In this document: piece after piece, positions 43,126 through 43,210 of the stretch
Position numbering within the stretch: the stretch's first letter is position 1
How the letters are laid out: every line of letters begins with the position of its first letter
From: Pseudomonadota bacterium
Lineage (GTDB): Bacteria; Pseudomonadota; Alphaproteobacteria; JAAXGF01
Direction of reading: 5' to 3'
NCBI GenBank assembly: GCA_022563655.1
Contig: JADFMW010000001.1
Coordinates: 1 to 43,210, forward strand
Length of the DNA stretch: 43,210 nucleotides
Made by a program: the position numbers and the translations under genes
The notes under the pieces: generated by a model
Told to the model about the DNA's origin: nothing
The model's database searches: none
What the model saw: the letters and a program-made list of their open reading frames with translations, nothing else

Positions 43126-43210
43126 TCGGCTGATGGGTGTATTTCCTTTTATCCCGGCATGGGGCCGGTGCCAATTGTAATGGTGTAGCCAATGGGGGAG
43201 CTCCTGGGCT

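Larger units (their letters stand above)
40650..43210. mobile_element. Left end of a putative integrative genomic island or prophage remnant (continues beyond the window)
   Basis: A tRNA 3' fragment sits next to a tyrosine integrase. By eye, GC is slightly lower than in the core genes. The other boundary is not in the window. Confidence 0.55.

Overview
This is a high-GC chromosomal segment (about two-thirds G+C, estimated by eye). Its gene content looks alphaproteobacterial, which is an inference from the leuS-lptE-holA order, a DUF3576-like lipoprotein, a fused cysNC and an OmpR-type regulator with a CenR-like sequence. Most of the window is housekeeping or transport.

Genes from left to right:
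- holA, lptE and leuS on the minus strand, translationally coupled.
- A low-GC islet carrying a tRNA-Thr(CGU) with a non-canonical elbow, plus a small RHH-like ORF.
- A lipoprotein, a porin and a JmjC/cupin oxygenase.
- cysD, cysNC and yggS.
- A signal-less L,D-transpeptidase-fold gene and a Pro/Ala-rich hypothetical.
- A co-directional block: response regulator, MBL hydrolase, methyltransferase and membrane class III nucleotidyl cyclase.
- A family-5 (peptide/opine-type) ABC importer with unusual gene order. An approximately 820-bp internal spacer holds a near-perfect 18-bp x6 tandem repeat.
- A tightly coupled glycan-modification operon: NodB-type deacetylase, two paralogous COG4671-like glycosyltransferases, two GT4 glycosyltransferases and a histidine phosphatase.
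- Divergent from that operon, an 887-aa ABC exporter, a stand-alone cyclic-nucleotide-binding protein and a small methyltransferase-fold protein.
- A TRAP transporter (dctPQM) preceded by a 16-bp x4 repeat, then a methyltransferase.
- The left edge of an integrative element: a tRNA 3'-half fragment, a tyrosine integrase and a hypothetical cargo gene. It runs off the window.

I recognised no CRISPR array, rRNA, transposase or known defence system.

The most unusual item is the divergent glycosyltransferase / atypical-ABC / cNMP-binding cluster at about 25.9-36.0 kb. The exporter's nucleotide-binding domain has non-canonical Walker A, Walker B and signature motifs and a roughly 290-aa internally repeated insertion. 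This may be an uncharacterised cNMP-linked glycan export system, but the function is inferred only.

Many long ORFs in the track are antisense or out-of-frame artefacts of high GC and were not called.
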